DNA of 64,000 bases from Minisyncoccota bacterium (GTDB taxonomy: Bacteria; Patescibacteriota; Minisyncoccia; Phycocordibacterales; JAACPR01), in contig JBAYWG010000001.1 in the NCBI GenBank assembly GCA_041674225.1, forward strand, positions 390,273 through 454,272, given 5' to 3'. This document shows, one piece after another, positions 17,323 through 26,714 of the stretch (within the stretch, counting starts at the first letter, position 1; the number at the start of each line of letters is the position of its first letter). Below the pieces are notes generated by a model. The model had not been told where the DNA came from. It ran no database searches and saw nothing but the letters and a program-made list of their open reading frames with translations. The translations under genes were made by a program, and so were the position numbers.

Positions 17323-17775
17323 ATTCTCTGCACCGAATTGCATTTAAGTTTTTTAAATTCAGTTCGGTGCAGGGAGTTGTTGCGACCCCATAGTACGTGA
17401 GTCAAAGAGGGATAAATGATACCCTCGCGAAAAGATCAGCTGCAACATGCTAAAAGAGCTTAGGAATTTATGCTCGATCGAAAAATTTCCAATCATATGA
17501 CCAAGGTCGAAAGACGCTGTTACATCTCCCAGAAGAGATGGTGCGACGAGGCAATCTAGAACGCCTTTTCAATCGCATTACCTAATGCCCTTCAACCGGC
17601 GGTTTATATTACTCGAGATTAGATCTCTTGCGGATATAGATTGGTTAACAAACGACAGGTTAGGTATCTCGTGTTGAATCGGGACATCATCGCAACAATT
17701 TTTCGCACTTTTTCAAAAAAAGTGCACTTCATTGAGCTTACGAAATTTGATATTCGCAAGTTCATAGAGTTTGTA

Positions 17776-17791
17776 CTTTAAATAAAAATAA
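17776..17791 (+). repeat. 16-nt direct repeat CTTTAAATAAAAATAA (copy 3 of 3)
   Basis: Exact copy, immediately 5' of element X copy B. Confidence 0.7.
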
Positions 17792-17793
17792 AA

Positions 17794-17895
17794 GTAGACA
17801 TAGCCAAAGGAATTTTTAAATAGAATTTCTTTGGCTATGTCTACTGAGTGGTAGATGAGCTGCACATTGGTCCGTTTGTGAAAAACAAGGACTCG
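17794..17895 (+). ncRNA. Structured leader element X (copy B)
   Basis: GTAGACATAGCCA...TGGCTATGTCTAC hairpin plus UGAGUGGUAGAU...GUGAAAAACAAGGACUCG. Paralog of 8960-9062. Confidence 0.5.
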
Positions 17896-17924
17896 TCTGA
17901 CGAACGTATCGTCACCCCAGACTT

Positions 17925-18245
17925 ATGAGCAAGCACCACTATCGTAAACCTGCTGCTAAACCTGTGTGTCCTTGCGGACATGCTACGACCGATGCTCTCT
18001 GGGTGTTAGACATCCAAGGAGACCGACCTATCAGGGTTCATCGGCCATGCGGTCAGGCGATCTTGAAGAACGCGCCGAAAGGAACGCAGGGCAAAATTCG
18101 TCCTTCCCGCGAGCTCAAAGAGATTCACAAGAAGCAGAGGTACGAGCGCGAGCTCTCCTCCAGTTTCTGGAACTCCAAGCTTGAAGGTGTCAAAGGCAAG
18201 TCTTTACAAGACTTGGTGAAGACCGCTCCCGACAGGCAGTCCTGA
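17925..18245 (+). CDS. Hypothetical basic Cys-containing protein (106 aa)
   Basis: ORF directly after element X. CPCGH...PCGQ suggests a small zinc-binding fold. Confidence 0.4.
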   Translation: MSKHHYRKPAAKPVCPCGHATTDALWVLDIQGDRPIRVHRPCGQAILKNAPKGTQGKIRPSRELKEIHKKQRYERELSSSFWNSKLEGVKGKSLQDLVKTAPDRQS

Positions 18246-18381
18246 TGGATTGGTTGAAACAAGTTTCTCTAGCTCTTTTCCTTTCAAAAAAGAGTCGCAC
18301 TGTCAGCGGATAATAATCAACCCCGCTAGACTAAGAGTTTGCAGATTTCTTAAATCTGCACTTACTTGAGCTTGCAACAAG

Positions 18382-18780
18382 ATGTTGTTGGTTCATAGAG
18401 TGTTAGTTCTTTCAAAAACAAAACAAAAAAATATGATCATCTCAAATGCATTTTCACTCAACATGTTTGAAACCCTCGAAGGAGAAATTCTCAGCAGAGA
18501 GCTTAGTGTCACGGAAATCTCGAAAGAGCAGGCTGTTGAACTTTTAACAGACCCTGAGCTTGGAGGAGTAGATTCAGCTGTTGGACATGCCGACACTGCT
18601 GCGCTTTTTTCTACGATTCTCGGAATCGAGATCCCGTGTGAGCGCAAGACGATTCAACTCAACCCTGAAAATGGTTGGCTTATTGTCGGGCAGTATCATG
18701 GACCACGTCTTGAAGAAGGAAGTACTACACTTCCGGAGGGTGCCAGTATTCGCTGGTACGAAATCGAGATTAAGTCTTGA
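18382..18780 (+). CDS. Hypothetical protein (132 aa; may start at internal Met 18439)
   Basis: ORF downstream of element Y copy B. Confidence 0.45.
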   Translation: MLLVHRVLVLSKTKQKNMIISNAFSLNMFETLEGEILSRELSVTEISKEQAVELLTDPELGGVDSAVGHADTAALFSTILGIEIPCERKTIQLNPENGWLIVGQYHGPRLEEGSTTLPEGASIRWYEIEIKS

Positions 18781-18789
18781 GAGATTATT

Positions 18790-19077
18790 ATGAATTTGGA
18801 AGAAATTTCAAAGCTCTATGATGATCCTCAAGATGCAATGAGGATTTTACAAACATCTGTTGAAGGAAAACACAGATATTTCCGAAACGAGAAAGCTTTC
18901 GAAAGGTTTCTGAGAAAAGAACAAGACTCATATCAGCGTCGCAAGACTGCTGGTGTTTCAAGTCCGGTTTCACTTCTTGAGAATACTCTCGACTCTTCTC
19001 CTTTAAGGAACGAAACTTTGCCCCCGGGCAGTAATGGTTTCAATGTGATTATCTGGCAGGAAACTTCCAAAGGATAA
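18790..19077 (+). CDS. Hypothetical protein (95 aa)
   Basis: ORF tightly following the previous one (10-nt gap), followed by a terminator. Confidence 0.45.
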   Translation: MNLEEISKLYDDPQDAMRILQTSVEGKHRYFRNEKAFERFLRKEQDSYQRRKTAGVSSPVSLLENTLDSSPLRNETLPPGSNGFNVIIWQETSKG

Positions 19078-19085
19078 TCATTGAA

Positions 19086-19112
19086 CCCTGCAATAAAATG
19101 TAGGGTTTTTTC
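19086..19112 (+). terminator. Rho-independent terminator
   Basis: CCCUGCA-AUAAAA-UGUAGGG hairpin followed by a T6-7 run, 9 nt after the ORF stop. Confidence 0.55.
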
Positions 19113-19127
19113 TTTAAATTTATACAA

Positions 19128-19158
19128 AGCAAAAAGCCGGCGGAGCCGGCTTTTTGCT
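19128..19158. terminator. Bidirectional Rho-independent terminator
   Basis: GCAAAAAGCCGGC-GGA-GCCGGCTTTTTGC, a perfect hairpin with A/T runs on both sides. It lies downstream of hup on the minus strand. Confidence 0.7.
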
Positions 19159-19229
19159 TATTTACTTAAAATTCTGTGAAGATAAATTTAATAACTTAAA
19201 ATTTAACCGTTTTGAACTTGTACGTATAT

Positions 19230-19502
19230 TTATTTAACAGCTTCTTTCAAAGCTTTTGCAGCTCTAAACTTTGGAGTTTTCATAGCTGGAACTTTGATAG
19301 CTTCACCTGTTCTTGGGTTTCTAGCTGTTCGGGCTGCTCGTGTTTTAGCTTCAAAAATACCGAATCCTGCAACTGAAACTTCTTCTCCAGATGTTAAAGA
19401 TTTGATAATTGAATCAAAAACAGCGTCAACAACCTTTTCTGCTTCTACCTTTGTTGTACCTAATACTTCATGTACCTTTTCTACAATGGCTGCTTTATTC
19501 AT
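19230..19502 (-). CDS. hup: DNA-binding protein HU
   Basis: 90 aa. MNKAAIVEKV...GFGIFEAKTRAARTARNPRTGEAIKVPA matches the HU/IHF fold signature. Confidence 0.9.
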   Translation of the reverse strand: MNKAAIVEKVHEVLGTTKVEAEKVVDAVFDSIIKSLTSGEEVSVAGFGIFEAKTRAARTARNPRTGEAIKVPAMKTPKFRAAKALKEAVK

Positions 19503-19659
19503 ATATGTTGGTTGTATTAATCAATCCGTAAAAAACGGGTTTGTTAACCGATAACCGCTTAAAACGACTTTGTTATTAAGCTGGAAATAATTATATAAAA
19601 CAAGGGTTTTATAGCAATAGAGCCACGAGTACACCTTGTTTATAACTTTTTGTCAAAAA

Positions 19660-21171
19660 TTATCTTGCAACTTCAATAACTCTGTTTTCTCGTATCACTG
19701 TAACCTTGATTTCCCCAGGGTATTTTAGGTCTTTTTCTATTTTCAGGGCTATATTCCTAGCTAAATTACGCGCTTCTAAATCTGAAATTTCTTCAGGATT
19801 TACAAAAATTCTTATTTCACGTCCTGCTTGTAGGGCGTAAGATTTTTCTACTCCTTTAAATTCATTGGCTATAGCTTCCAAATCATTTAAGCGTTTTAAG
19901 TAGTTTTCTGTGTTATCTCTTCTGGCTCCTGGACGACTTCCAGAAATAGAATCCGCAACTTGAACGATAATTGATTCAGGTGTTTCATAAGGGTATTCTT
20001 CGTGATGTGCTTGCATAGCTTTTACAACAGATTCATCTGCTCCAAATTTTTGTAAAATTCTGCGCCCGATTTCTACGTGAGTTCCGGCAATTTCGTGATC
20101 AACTGCTTTTCCAATATCGTGAAGAAGTGCACCAGCTTTGGCTACTCGCACATCTGCACCTATTTCTTCAGCAATCATTCCTGCAATGTGAGACATTTCG
20201 ATTGAGTGTTGCAAAACATTGTGACCATAACTCGTTCGAAAGTGAAGTCTTCCTAAAATAGAAATAATTCGTGGGTCTAAATTAAAAATCCCACATTCAT
20301 AAGCGGCTTGTTCTCCTTTTTCAATGATTATTTTATTTATAGATTTCTTTGCTTTTTCAACGCATTCTTCGATTTTTGCAGGTTGAATTCGTCCATCTAG
20401 AACTAATTGTTCCAAAGCTATTTTTGCAATTTCACGACGAACTGGATCAAAAGAAGAAATTGAGATTGTCGCTGGTGTATCATCAATAATTAATTCAACA
20501 CCAGTAGCTCTTTCAAAACTTTTTATGTTTCGACCTTCTTTTCCAATGATTTTTCCTTTTATTTCGTCAGAAGGAAGAGTGACACTGCTAGAAAAAATAT
20601 CTGAAGATACAGAGTTCCCAAGTCGGTGGATAGCTGTGGTTATAATATCGCGAGCTTTTGCTTCCAATTTTTCTTTTCCACTGATATCCATTTTTTGTAA
20701 ACGAATCAAAATATCTTCGGATTGTTCTTTTTCAAGATTTTCAATTAGTTCTTTTTTAGCATCTTCTTTTGAAATTTCTGCAATTTTTTCTATAGAATCA
20801 ATTCTTTCTTTTTCAAGTTTCTTTAATCTGTCTTCAATTTCTTCAATTTGAGTCTCTTTTATTTTAATCTCTTCCGACAATTCATCCAAATCAGTCTGTC
20901 TTTTGTCTAGATAACTTTCTTTATTTATCAGTCTAGCTTCTGTTTTCTCTACTTTTTCTTCAAATTCAATAGCTGTGTCTTTGGCTTCTTTAATAATATT
21001 CTGAGCTTCCTCTCGTGCTGAGACCATCATTTCCTTTATTTCTAGCTCCATTGAGCCTCTTTTACCCAGAGAAATTATGAATCGCAAAAACCATCCCAGA
21101 GCTATTCCGGCTAATCCTGCTGCCATTGCTATTATTAATACTATTAGTAGAGACATGATTTTTAGCGCCAA
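19660..21171 (-). CDS. rny: Ribonuclease Y
   Basis: N-terminal TM helix, coiled-coil, KH domain (GKIIGKEGRNIK) and HD domain (HDIGK), 503 aa. Confidence 0.9.
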   Translation of the reverse strand: MALKIMSLLIVLIIAMAAGLAGIALGWFLRFIISLGKRGSMELEIKEMMVSAREEAQNIIKEAKDTAIEFEEKVEKTEARLINKESYLDKRQTDLDELSEEIKIKETQIEEIEDRLKKLEKERIDSIEKIAEISKEDAKKELIENLEKEQSEDILIRLQKMDISGKEKLEAKARDIITTAIHRLGNSVSSDIFSSSVTLPSDEIKGKIIGKEGRNIKSFERATGVELIIDDTPATISISSFDPVRREIAKIALEQLVLDGRIQPAKIEECVEKAKKSINKIIIEKGEQAAYECGIFNLDPRIISILGRLHFRTSYGHNVLQHSIEMSHIAGMIAEEIGADVRVAKAGALLHDIGKAVDHEIAGTHVEIGRRILQKFGADESVVKAMQAHHEEYPYETPESIIVQVADSISGSRPGARRDNTENYLKRLNDLEAIANEFKGVEKSYALQAGREIRIFVNPEEISDLEARNLARNIALKIEKDLKYPGEIKVTVIRENRVIEVAR

Positions 21172-21577
21172 AACCCAGAAATCTGCTTGGCGACTTCATC
21201 ATAGAGAAAGGGGTGGTGTTTTGCAAGAAAAAGAAAAAGGAGCCCAACCCCCTAAGAATTTTTGTTCTCAAACAAAACAAGTTAATTTCGGGTGGACTCC
21301 TGTCCTGCTTCCCAATCTTTTCCCGTAAGAACAAACGCGTTGCAGAACAAATGTGTTCTGAACATATTGCTACAAAGCGACGCTGCTATTTGACGTTGCG
21401 GGAGAGCAGTCGTATGGCTTTATAATTCTCACCAGCAAAGGAGGAGCTGGCTGGGGGTTGGGGGAGGGGGATTTTTTAAGGATTACTCCTTAAATTGTAT
21501 AAAGATAAAGAACAGAAACTAAATTTCTGCGCATATTCTAACCTTTCTGTATTAGTGTGTCAATACCAGATTTGAGA

Positions 21578-22153
21578 TTATTTACCTAAAACTTTATCAA
21601 TCAATCCATATTTTTTAGCCTCTTCAGCAGACATGAAATAATCTCTGTCAGAATCTTTTTCAATTTGTGCTGTTGTTTTTCCTGAAGCTTCTGCAAGAAT
21701 TTTATAAAGATTATCTCGTAGTTTTAGAATTTGTTTTGCTGTTATTACAATATCTGATGCTTGTCCAGAAATTCCTCCCATTGGTTGGTGGATCATGATT
21801 TCAGAGTTGGGTAGGGCAAATCTTTTTCCTTTATCTCCTGCTGCAAGAATAACTGCCCCCATAGAAGCTGCGATACCAACACAAACTGTGGCGATAGGAT
21901 TTTTGATATGTCTCATTGTATCGATGATGGCTAGACCGGCTGTAATAGACCCCCCGGGAGAGTTAATGTATAGCTTCACTTCTTTCTTAGGATCTTCTGA
22001 TTGAACGAAAAGAAGTTGAGCTACTATCAAATTGGCCATGTAGTCGTCTATTTCTCCACCAACAAAAATAATATTTTCTTTTAATAGTCGTGAATAAATG
22101 TCGTATGCTCTTTCGCCAAATTGGCTTTTGTCGATTACTGTTGGAATTATCAT
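21578..22153 (-). CDS. clpP: ATP-dependent Clp protease proteolytic subunit
   Basis: Conserved [14 protein letters not shown]...[11 protein letters not shown]...GIAASMGA motifs. Confidence 0.9.
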   Translation of the reverse strand: MIIPTVIDKSQFGERAYDIYSRLLKENIIFVGGEIDDYMANLIVAQLLFVQSEDPKKEVKLYINSPGGSITAGLAIIDTMRHIKNPIATVCVGIAASMGAVILAAGDKGKRFALPNSEIMIHQPMGGISGQASDIVITAKQILKLRDNLYKILAEASGKTTAQIEKDSDRDYFMSAEEAKKYGLIDKVLGK

Positions 22154-22186
22154 AGGGTTTGAATATAACAGTTTTTTTAATTGATG

Positions 22187-22669
22187 TTAAGAGGCTAGTT
22201 TATCTAGAAAATCTTTTTTATCTTTTTCATTTTTTAAAATAATAGCTTCAGCCGGAGCTTCTAAATGTTCGATTGATCTATTAAAGTTTTCATCGCTCAC
22301 TTCATGATGTGTTTTGTCTATTAAACTTTGAGCTCTCCTTCTTTTTATTTCTTCAAGAGGAACTTCCAAATAAATTATTATTGGTTCTGCATTATTTTCT
22401 TTTGCTAAATTTATAAAAATTTCTCGGGTTGCTGGATGGGTGTTTGTGCTGTCGTAAATAACAGAAATATTGTTTTGCAGATTTTCTTTAATTTTATTTT
22501 TACAATCTTCTAATGCAGTTTCATAATTTAATTCAAAATTTGTTTTAGATAGCTCCACCCAATTTTTATCAAAGCTAATTAATTTTGCCCCGATTTTATT
22601 TTCAATCTCTTTTGATAAAAGTGACTTGCCTGCGAAAGGGAGTCCACAAAGTATATAAAGTTTTTTCAT
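22187..22669 (-). CDS. P-loop kinase-like ATP-binding protein
   Basis: Walker A GLPFAGKS, about 160 aa, AAA_33/zeta-toxin-like kinase fold inferred. Confidence 0.55.
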   Translation of the reverse strand: MKKLYILCGLPFAGKSLLSKEIENKIGAKLISFDKNWVELSKTNFELNYETALEDCKNKIKENLQNNISVIYDSTNTHPATREIFINLAKENNAEPIIIYLEVPLEEIKRRRAQSLIDKTHHEVSDENFNRSIEHLEAPAEAIILKNEKDKKDFLDKLAS

Positions 22670-22755
22670 GAAATTTATTATAGATTGTTTCTGTTAAAAC
22701 CATACTTTGACAAAACGTTGTTTTATTGTAGTATGTTTTTGGAAAGGACTTTAAT

Positions 22756-23247
22756 ATGCAAGTAGAAAAAATTGGTAAAGATCGTCGGATAATTACTCTG
22801 AGCAGTTCTGACACTTTACTTAAAGCTTCAGAACTCGAAAGACAAATTAAGAAATTTGCTGAAGAGATTTTTTTCGTAATTCAATACGAGAACTGTAATT
22901 TGGAGGTGAGAAGATTTCTTACTCCTGTCATTCTTCGTCTTCAGATGAAATGGATTCTTACACAGAATGGAGTGATTCATGTGTCAGTTCCTCATGAGGG
23001 TTTCTATCAATATTTCCTCGGAGTTAACTGGGAAGATTTTTATGATGAAATTGAGATAGATGATGCTGCAAAAATAATCGACAAAAGAATTGATCATATT
23101 TTTGCAGTGATGCGTGGCAGAGGAAGAAAATTTTCGACAGTCAGATTGTTGGAAATTCCATCAGAAGGACGTCTTGATTTTTCTCTTTGTGCTATCAACA
23201 ATCCAAACTACAATGACCCGGGTTTAATCCCATGGAGTTGGCTTTAA
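22756..23247 (+). CDS. Hypothetical protein (163 aa)
   Basis: ORF with good context. No motif recognised. Confidence 0.45.
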   Translation: MQVEKIGKDRRIITLSSSDTLLKASELERQIKKFAEEIFFVIQYENCNLEVRRFLTPVILRLQMKWILTQNGVIHVSVPHEGFYQYFLGVNWEDFYDEIEIDDAAKIIDKRIDHIFAVMRGRGRKFSTVRLLEIPSEGRLDFSLCAINNPNYNDPGLIPWSWL

Positions 23248-23286
23248 GCCTCTCCTTTTTATTTATTAAATTATTAAAAAATTATT

Positions 23287-23991
23287 ATGAAAATACACAG
23301 ATTTTTTTTAGAGACAAAAATTGGAAATCAAGACAAAGTAAAAATTGTTGATCCAAACTTGGTACATCAGATTAAAGATGTACTGCGATTTAATGGTGGA
23401 GAGGAAGTGGTTCTTCTAGACGGGACTGGGATAGAATTTTTTGGACGAATTGAATCTGTGTCAAAAAAAGATGTTGTCGTGTTCAAGGAGAAAGTTAAAA
23501 AAGCTTCAAAAAGTGAAAGTGAAAAAATAGAAGTTCACCTTTTTGCTGCGATCACAAAGAAGGATAAATTTGAGTGGGTTTTGCAAAAAGCTACTGAGAT
23601 TGGAGTGTCGAGAATTACTCCGATTATTTCTGAGAGGACAGAAAAAAATAAATTGAATATGGATCGAGCAGATAAAATTGTGCGAGAAGCTGCGGAACAA
23701 TCTGAGAGAAAAGATTTACCTTTTGTGGATGAGCCGGTGAAACTTTCTATCGCACTAAAAGTTTCTGAAGAGACTCCTTTGATTTTAGATATAAATGCTC
23801 CAAAAATTGATTTGCAAAAAATTCGTGAGAATAAAAAACTTTGCATCTTTGTTGGGCCCGAAGGAGGATGGAGTCAACGAGATCGAGAACTTTTTGATAA
23901 AAGAAAAGTTGAATATGTTTCACTTGGAAAAAATGTTTTGCGCGCAGAAACAGCATCTGTTGCCATCGCCTCTGTTTTGTTATTGGGATAA
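23287..23991 (+). CDS. rsmE: 16S rRNA (uracil1498-N3)-methyltransferase
   Basis: C-terminal GPEGGWS...LG.NVLRAETA motif of the RsmE/SPOUT family. Confidence 0.8.
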   Translation: MKIHRFFLETKIGNQDKVKIVDPNLVHQIKDVLRFNGGEEVVLLDGTGIEFFGRIESVSKKDVVVFKEKVKKASKSESEKIEVHLFAAITKKDKFEWVLQKATEIGVSRITPIISERTEKNKLNMDRADKIVREAAEQSERKDLPFVDEPVKLSIALKVSEETPLILDINAPKIDLQKIRENKKLCIFVGPEGGWSQRDRELFDKRKVEYVSLGKNVLRAETASVAIASVLLLG

Positions 23992-24044
23992 TTGATCAGA
24001 GTTATTCAGTGGAATCTGTGTGAAACTTCGTAAGGTGTTACACA

Positions 24045-24097
24045 AAAAATAAAAGACTCACATTCGACAATGCCGAATGTGAGTCTTTTATTTTTTG
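24045..24097. terminator. Bidirectional Rho-independent terminator (rsmE / tig)
   Basis: AAAAGACTCACATTCG...CGAATGTGAGTCTTTT 16-bp hairpin with T-runs on both strands. Confidence 0.7.
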
Positions 24098-24106
24098 TAT
24101 TGCAGT

Positions 24107-25147
24107 TTAAAGTGTCTCTAACATTTTAAAAACAGCTTCGTTTGTTAATACATTTTCAACATAAAGCTTTGCGTGTGCTTCGTTGATACTCGGGTCGTGT
24201 TCTTTGATGTGATGAAGTTCATGTTCGATTTCTTTTTCATCAATCTTTATTTTTTCTGCTTCTGCGATTTTTGGTAATACCAAATTCATCTTTACTCGTT
24301 TCACAGCATCTGGTCTCCACTCGTTTTTCAAATCTTCTTCAGTCTTTTTTATTTGAGCAAGATATTCCTCTGGATTCATTTTGAATTGTTCGATGTCGTG
24401 TTTGAATTTTCCAAACATTCTTTCAAGTTCTTGGACGATAAGTGGTTCAGGAATTTCGGCAGCAACATTTTCGACGATTGATTCAATGATCTTTATTCGA
24501 TGAGTTTCTGTTGCTCGCATCTTTTTTTCTTCCAACATGTTTTCTTTTAGTTTTGTTTTGAACTCATCAACTGTTTTAAAATCTCCGAGTGTTTTTACAA
24601 ACTCATCATCGAACGCAGGAAGTTCTAAATTTTCCATATCAACTTTTTTTCCTTCAGACATCGCCACTCCTTGAGCTCGCTGTTTTTGGATGTACTGGAT
24701 GTACTCTTCAACTTCTGATTCTTTCAATTCAACTTCTTCTTTTTTAATTTTTGATGCGAGAGTTTTGTAGTCGGGAAGAGTGATCACTGGCATTGATGTC
24801 ACATTCATTTTGAACACAAGAGGATTGTCGGCTGCAATTTTTGTAACGTTAATATTTGGAAAAGTTAAAGCTTCGATTTTTTCTGTTGCTAATACGATTG
24901 GGATAATATTGTAAACTGCTCGGTAAGCTGATTTTTCTAACACCATCATTTCTCCAACTTTTTGAACAATGATTTTTTCTGGAGCTGTTCCTTTTCTAAA
25001 ACCATCCACTTCGATTTCATTTGAAATCTCTTTTACAGCATCTTGTCGGAATCCCTGTACGACTTCAAAAGGCACCTCGATTTCTAGTTCAATTTGTCCA
25101 GCTGATAAATTCTCTCTGTTTAATATTTTATATTTTTCATTTGTCAT
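24107..25147 (-). CDS. tig: Trigger factor (short form lacking the PPIase domain)
   Basis: Ribosome-binding signature GFRKGTAPEKII near the N-terminus. 346 aa. Confidence 0.75.
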   Translation of the reverse strand: MTNEKYKILNRENLSAGQIELEIEVPFEVVQGFRQDAVKEISNEIEVDGFRKGTAPEKIIVQKVGEMMVLEKSAYRAVYNIIPIVLATEKIEALTFPNINVTKIAADNPLVFKMNVTSMPVITLPDYKTLASKIKKEEVELKESEVEEYIQYIQKQRAQGVAMSEGKKVDMENLELPAFDDEFVKTLGDFKTVDEFKTKLKENMLEEKKMRATETHRIKIIESIVENVAAEIPEPLIVQELERMFGKFKHDIEQFKMNPEEYLAQIKKTEEDLKNEWRPDAVKRVKMNLVLPKIAEAEKIKIDEKEIEHELHHIKEHDPSINEAHAKLYVENVLTNEAVFKMLETL

Positions 25148-25168
25148 AAGTAGGCCGAGTTTACACTA

Positions 25169-25212
25169 AAAATAAAAAATAAAAAAGGCGCGCCGGCGGA
25201 GCCGGCGCACCT
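25169..25212 (-). terminator. Rho-independent terminator
   Basis: GCGCCGGC-GGAG-GCCGGCGC hairpin with a T-run on the minus strand, downstream of the 96-aa gene. Confidence 0.55.
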
Positions 25213-25226
25213 CTCTTTTTCACTAA

Positions 25227-25517
25227 CTAAATTTGAAATTCCGCTTCGATTGATTTCAATTCTTCTTCCATATCTTCTACTTCAGTTGAATTTAATTCTG
25301 CTTCGATGTCTGTGATCTCATCAGACTCATTTACTGTTTCTGTTTGAGTTGTTTCTGGATTTTCAACTTCAACATTTACTTTTTCTTTGATTGTAGAAAA
25401 AAGATAGAAAGCTCCCAAGATGATGATAAGGATTATTATCACTGAACCAACTAGAGGACCTACTTTGTCACCAGACTTTGTATTTTTTGTTTCAAAATTT
25501 TGTGTCTCGTTTTCCAT
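25227..25517 (-). CDS. Small membrane protein with acidic C-terminal tail
   Basis: One TM helix plus an acidic repeat region. Confidence 0.45.
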   Translation of the reverse strand: MENETQNFETKNTKSGDKVGPLVGSVIIILIIILGAFYLFSTIKEKVNVEVENPETTQTETVNESDEITDIEAELNSTEVEDMEEELKSIEAEFQI

Positions 25518-25534
25518 AAAAGTTTTTCTTAATT

Positions 25535-26068
25535 TTATTTAATAACTTCCACCACTTCTACCAAAGAAGTTTTTGTAGATTTCAAACTCTCTACGATTTC
25601 TTTAACAAGTGTTTTAATTCCTTCAAAACGAATTTCTTCTCCGCTTTCAACTAAATTTTCAATTTCTGTTTTTGTAGATTCAATCAAATCTTTTGAATCA
25701 TTAATCAAATTTTTTGCTTCTTCTAATTTTGTTTTTGCTTCACTAAGATCTTTATCTGTTTCAGATTCAATCTTTTCAATTCTTGATTCAATTTTTTCCG
25801 CAAGCTTTTCTAAACGAGCTACTGTTCTATCAAATCTTTCAAAAACGTTATCTACTTTTTTAGAAAAAGTTTCTTTTCGTTTTTCTGTAAATCTTGCTTT
25901 TATCTCTTCTTTTTTTACAGATAAGTTTTCCCTTATCTCTTGTCTTTTTTGTTCTCTGTTTTCGACTCTGTCTTCGATGCAATTCTCTCTTTCATCAGCT
26001 TGCACTGGAAGTGCTGATACTAATGCAAACGCAACTAATAAAAATGTAATAAATTTGTATTTCTTCAT
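25535..26068 (-). CDS. Secreted coiled-coil protein
   Basis: Signal peptide followed by Glu/Lys-rich heptad-like sequence. Confidence 0.45.
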   Translation of the reverse strand: MKKYKFITFLLVAFALVSALPVQADERENCIEDRVENREQKRQEIRENLSVKKEEIKARFTEKRKETFSKKVDNVFERFDRTVARLEKLAEKIESRIEKIESETDKDLSEAKTKLEEAKNLINDSKDLIESTKTEIENLVESGEEIRFEGIKTLVKEIVESLKSTKTSLVEVVEVIK

Positions 26069-26112
26069 AATAATTAATCCTTATCTGATAACCTATTAAT
26101 TTTAGCACGAAA

Positions 26113-26141
26113 GAAAAAACCCGCCTTCGGCGGGTTTTTTC
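26113..26141. terminator. Bidirectional Rho-independent terminator (ppa)
   Basis: AAAAAACCCGCC-TTCG-GCGGGTTTTTT. Confidence 0.7.
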
Positions 26142-26152
26142 TTTCTTAATCT

Positions 26153-26701
26153 TTATTTATTTTTCTCTTTATACTCCGCGTACATTTGTATAGATTTCTC
26201 TACAGCTTCTTTCGCTTCTTTACTATCTCCGATTCCTTGAATATCTACCACGTGAGCATCTGAGTCACTCTTCAAACTTTTATAAGTTTCAAAGAAGTGA
26301 GTGATTTCTTTTAGTTGATGAGGGTTAACATCTTTTATGTCTTTTACATTTTCCCAGCGTCTATCTTTTACAGGAACTGCAATCACTTTAAAATCTGATT
26401 CTCCATCGTCAATCATTCGAATCACTGCCACAGGTCGAACTTTTACAACAATTCCAACATTCAGTGGCCATGTTGTAAGAACTACAACATCAAGCGCATC
26501 ATTGTCTTCCCAAAGTGTTTGAGGTGCAAAACCATAATCAACTGGATAAGGAGCTGTTGAGTAGTTTGCTCTATCAAGCGCAATTAAACCAGTTTCTTTA
26601 TCAATCTCATATTTATTGTTTGATCCTTTTGGAATCTCAATAATTACGTTAAATTCTTCTGGTGCTTTGTCTCCTAAAGGAACATCATGCCAAAGGTTCA
26701 T
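26153..26701 (-). CDS. ppa: Inorganic pyrophosphatase
   Basis: Family I PPase motifs (DNDALDVVVL, YPVDYGF), 182 aa. Confidence 0.85.
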   Translation of the reverse strand: MNLWHDVPLGDKAPEEFNVIIEIPKGSNNKYEIDKETGLIALDRANYSTAPYPVDYGFAPQTLWEDNDALDVVVLTTWPLNVGIVVKVRPVAVIRMIDDGESDFKVIAVPVKDRRWENVKDIKDVNPHQLKEITHFFETYKSLKSDSDAHVVDIQGIGDSKEAKEAVEKSIQMYAEYKEKNK

Positions 26702-26714
26702 ATTTTTAATTAAA

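Noticed and set aside
15830-17700. Considered rRNA, RNase P RNA, tmRNA or a group I/II intron for the long structured region
   Set aside because: None of the hallmark strings was found by eye (16S 5' AGAGTTTGATC, RNase P AGGAAAGTCCGGGC, tmRNA 5'/3' acceptor pairing, group II GUGYG and domain V, group I P7). It is left as an unclassified ornate RNA pending cmscan.
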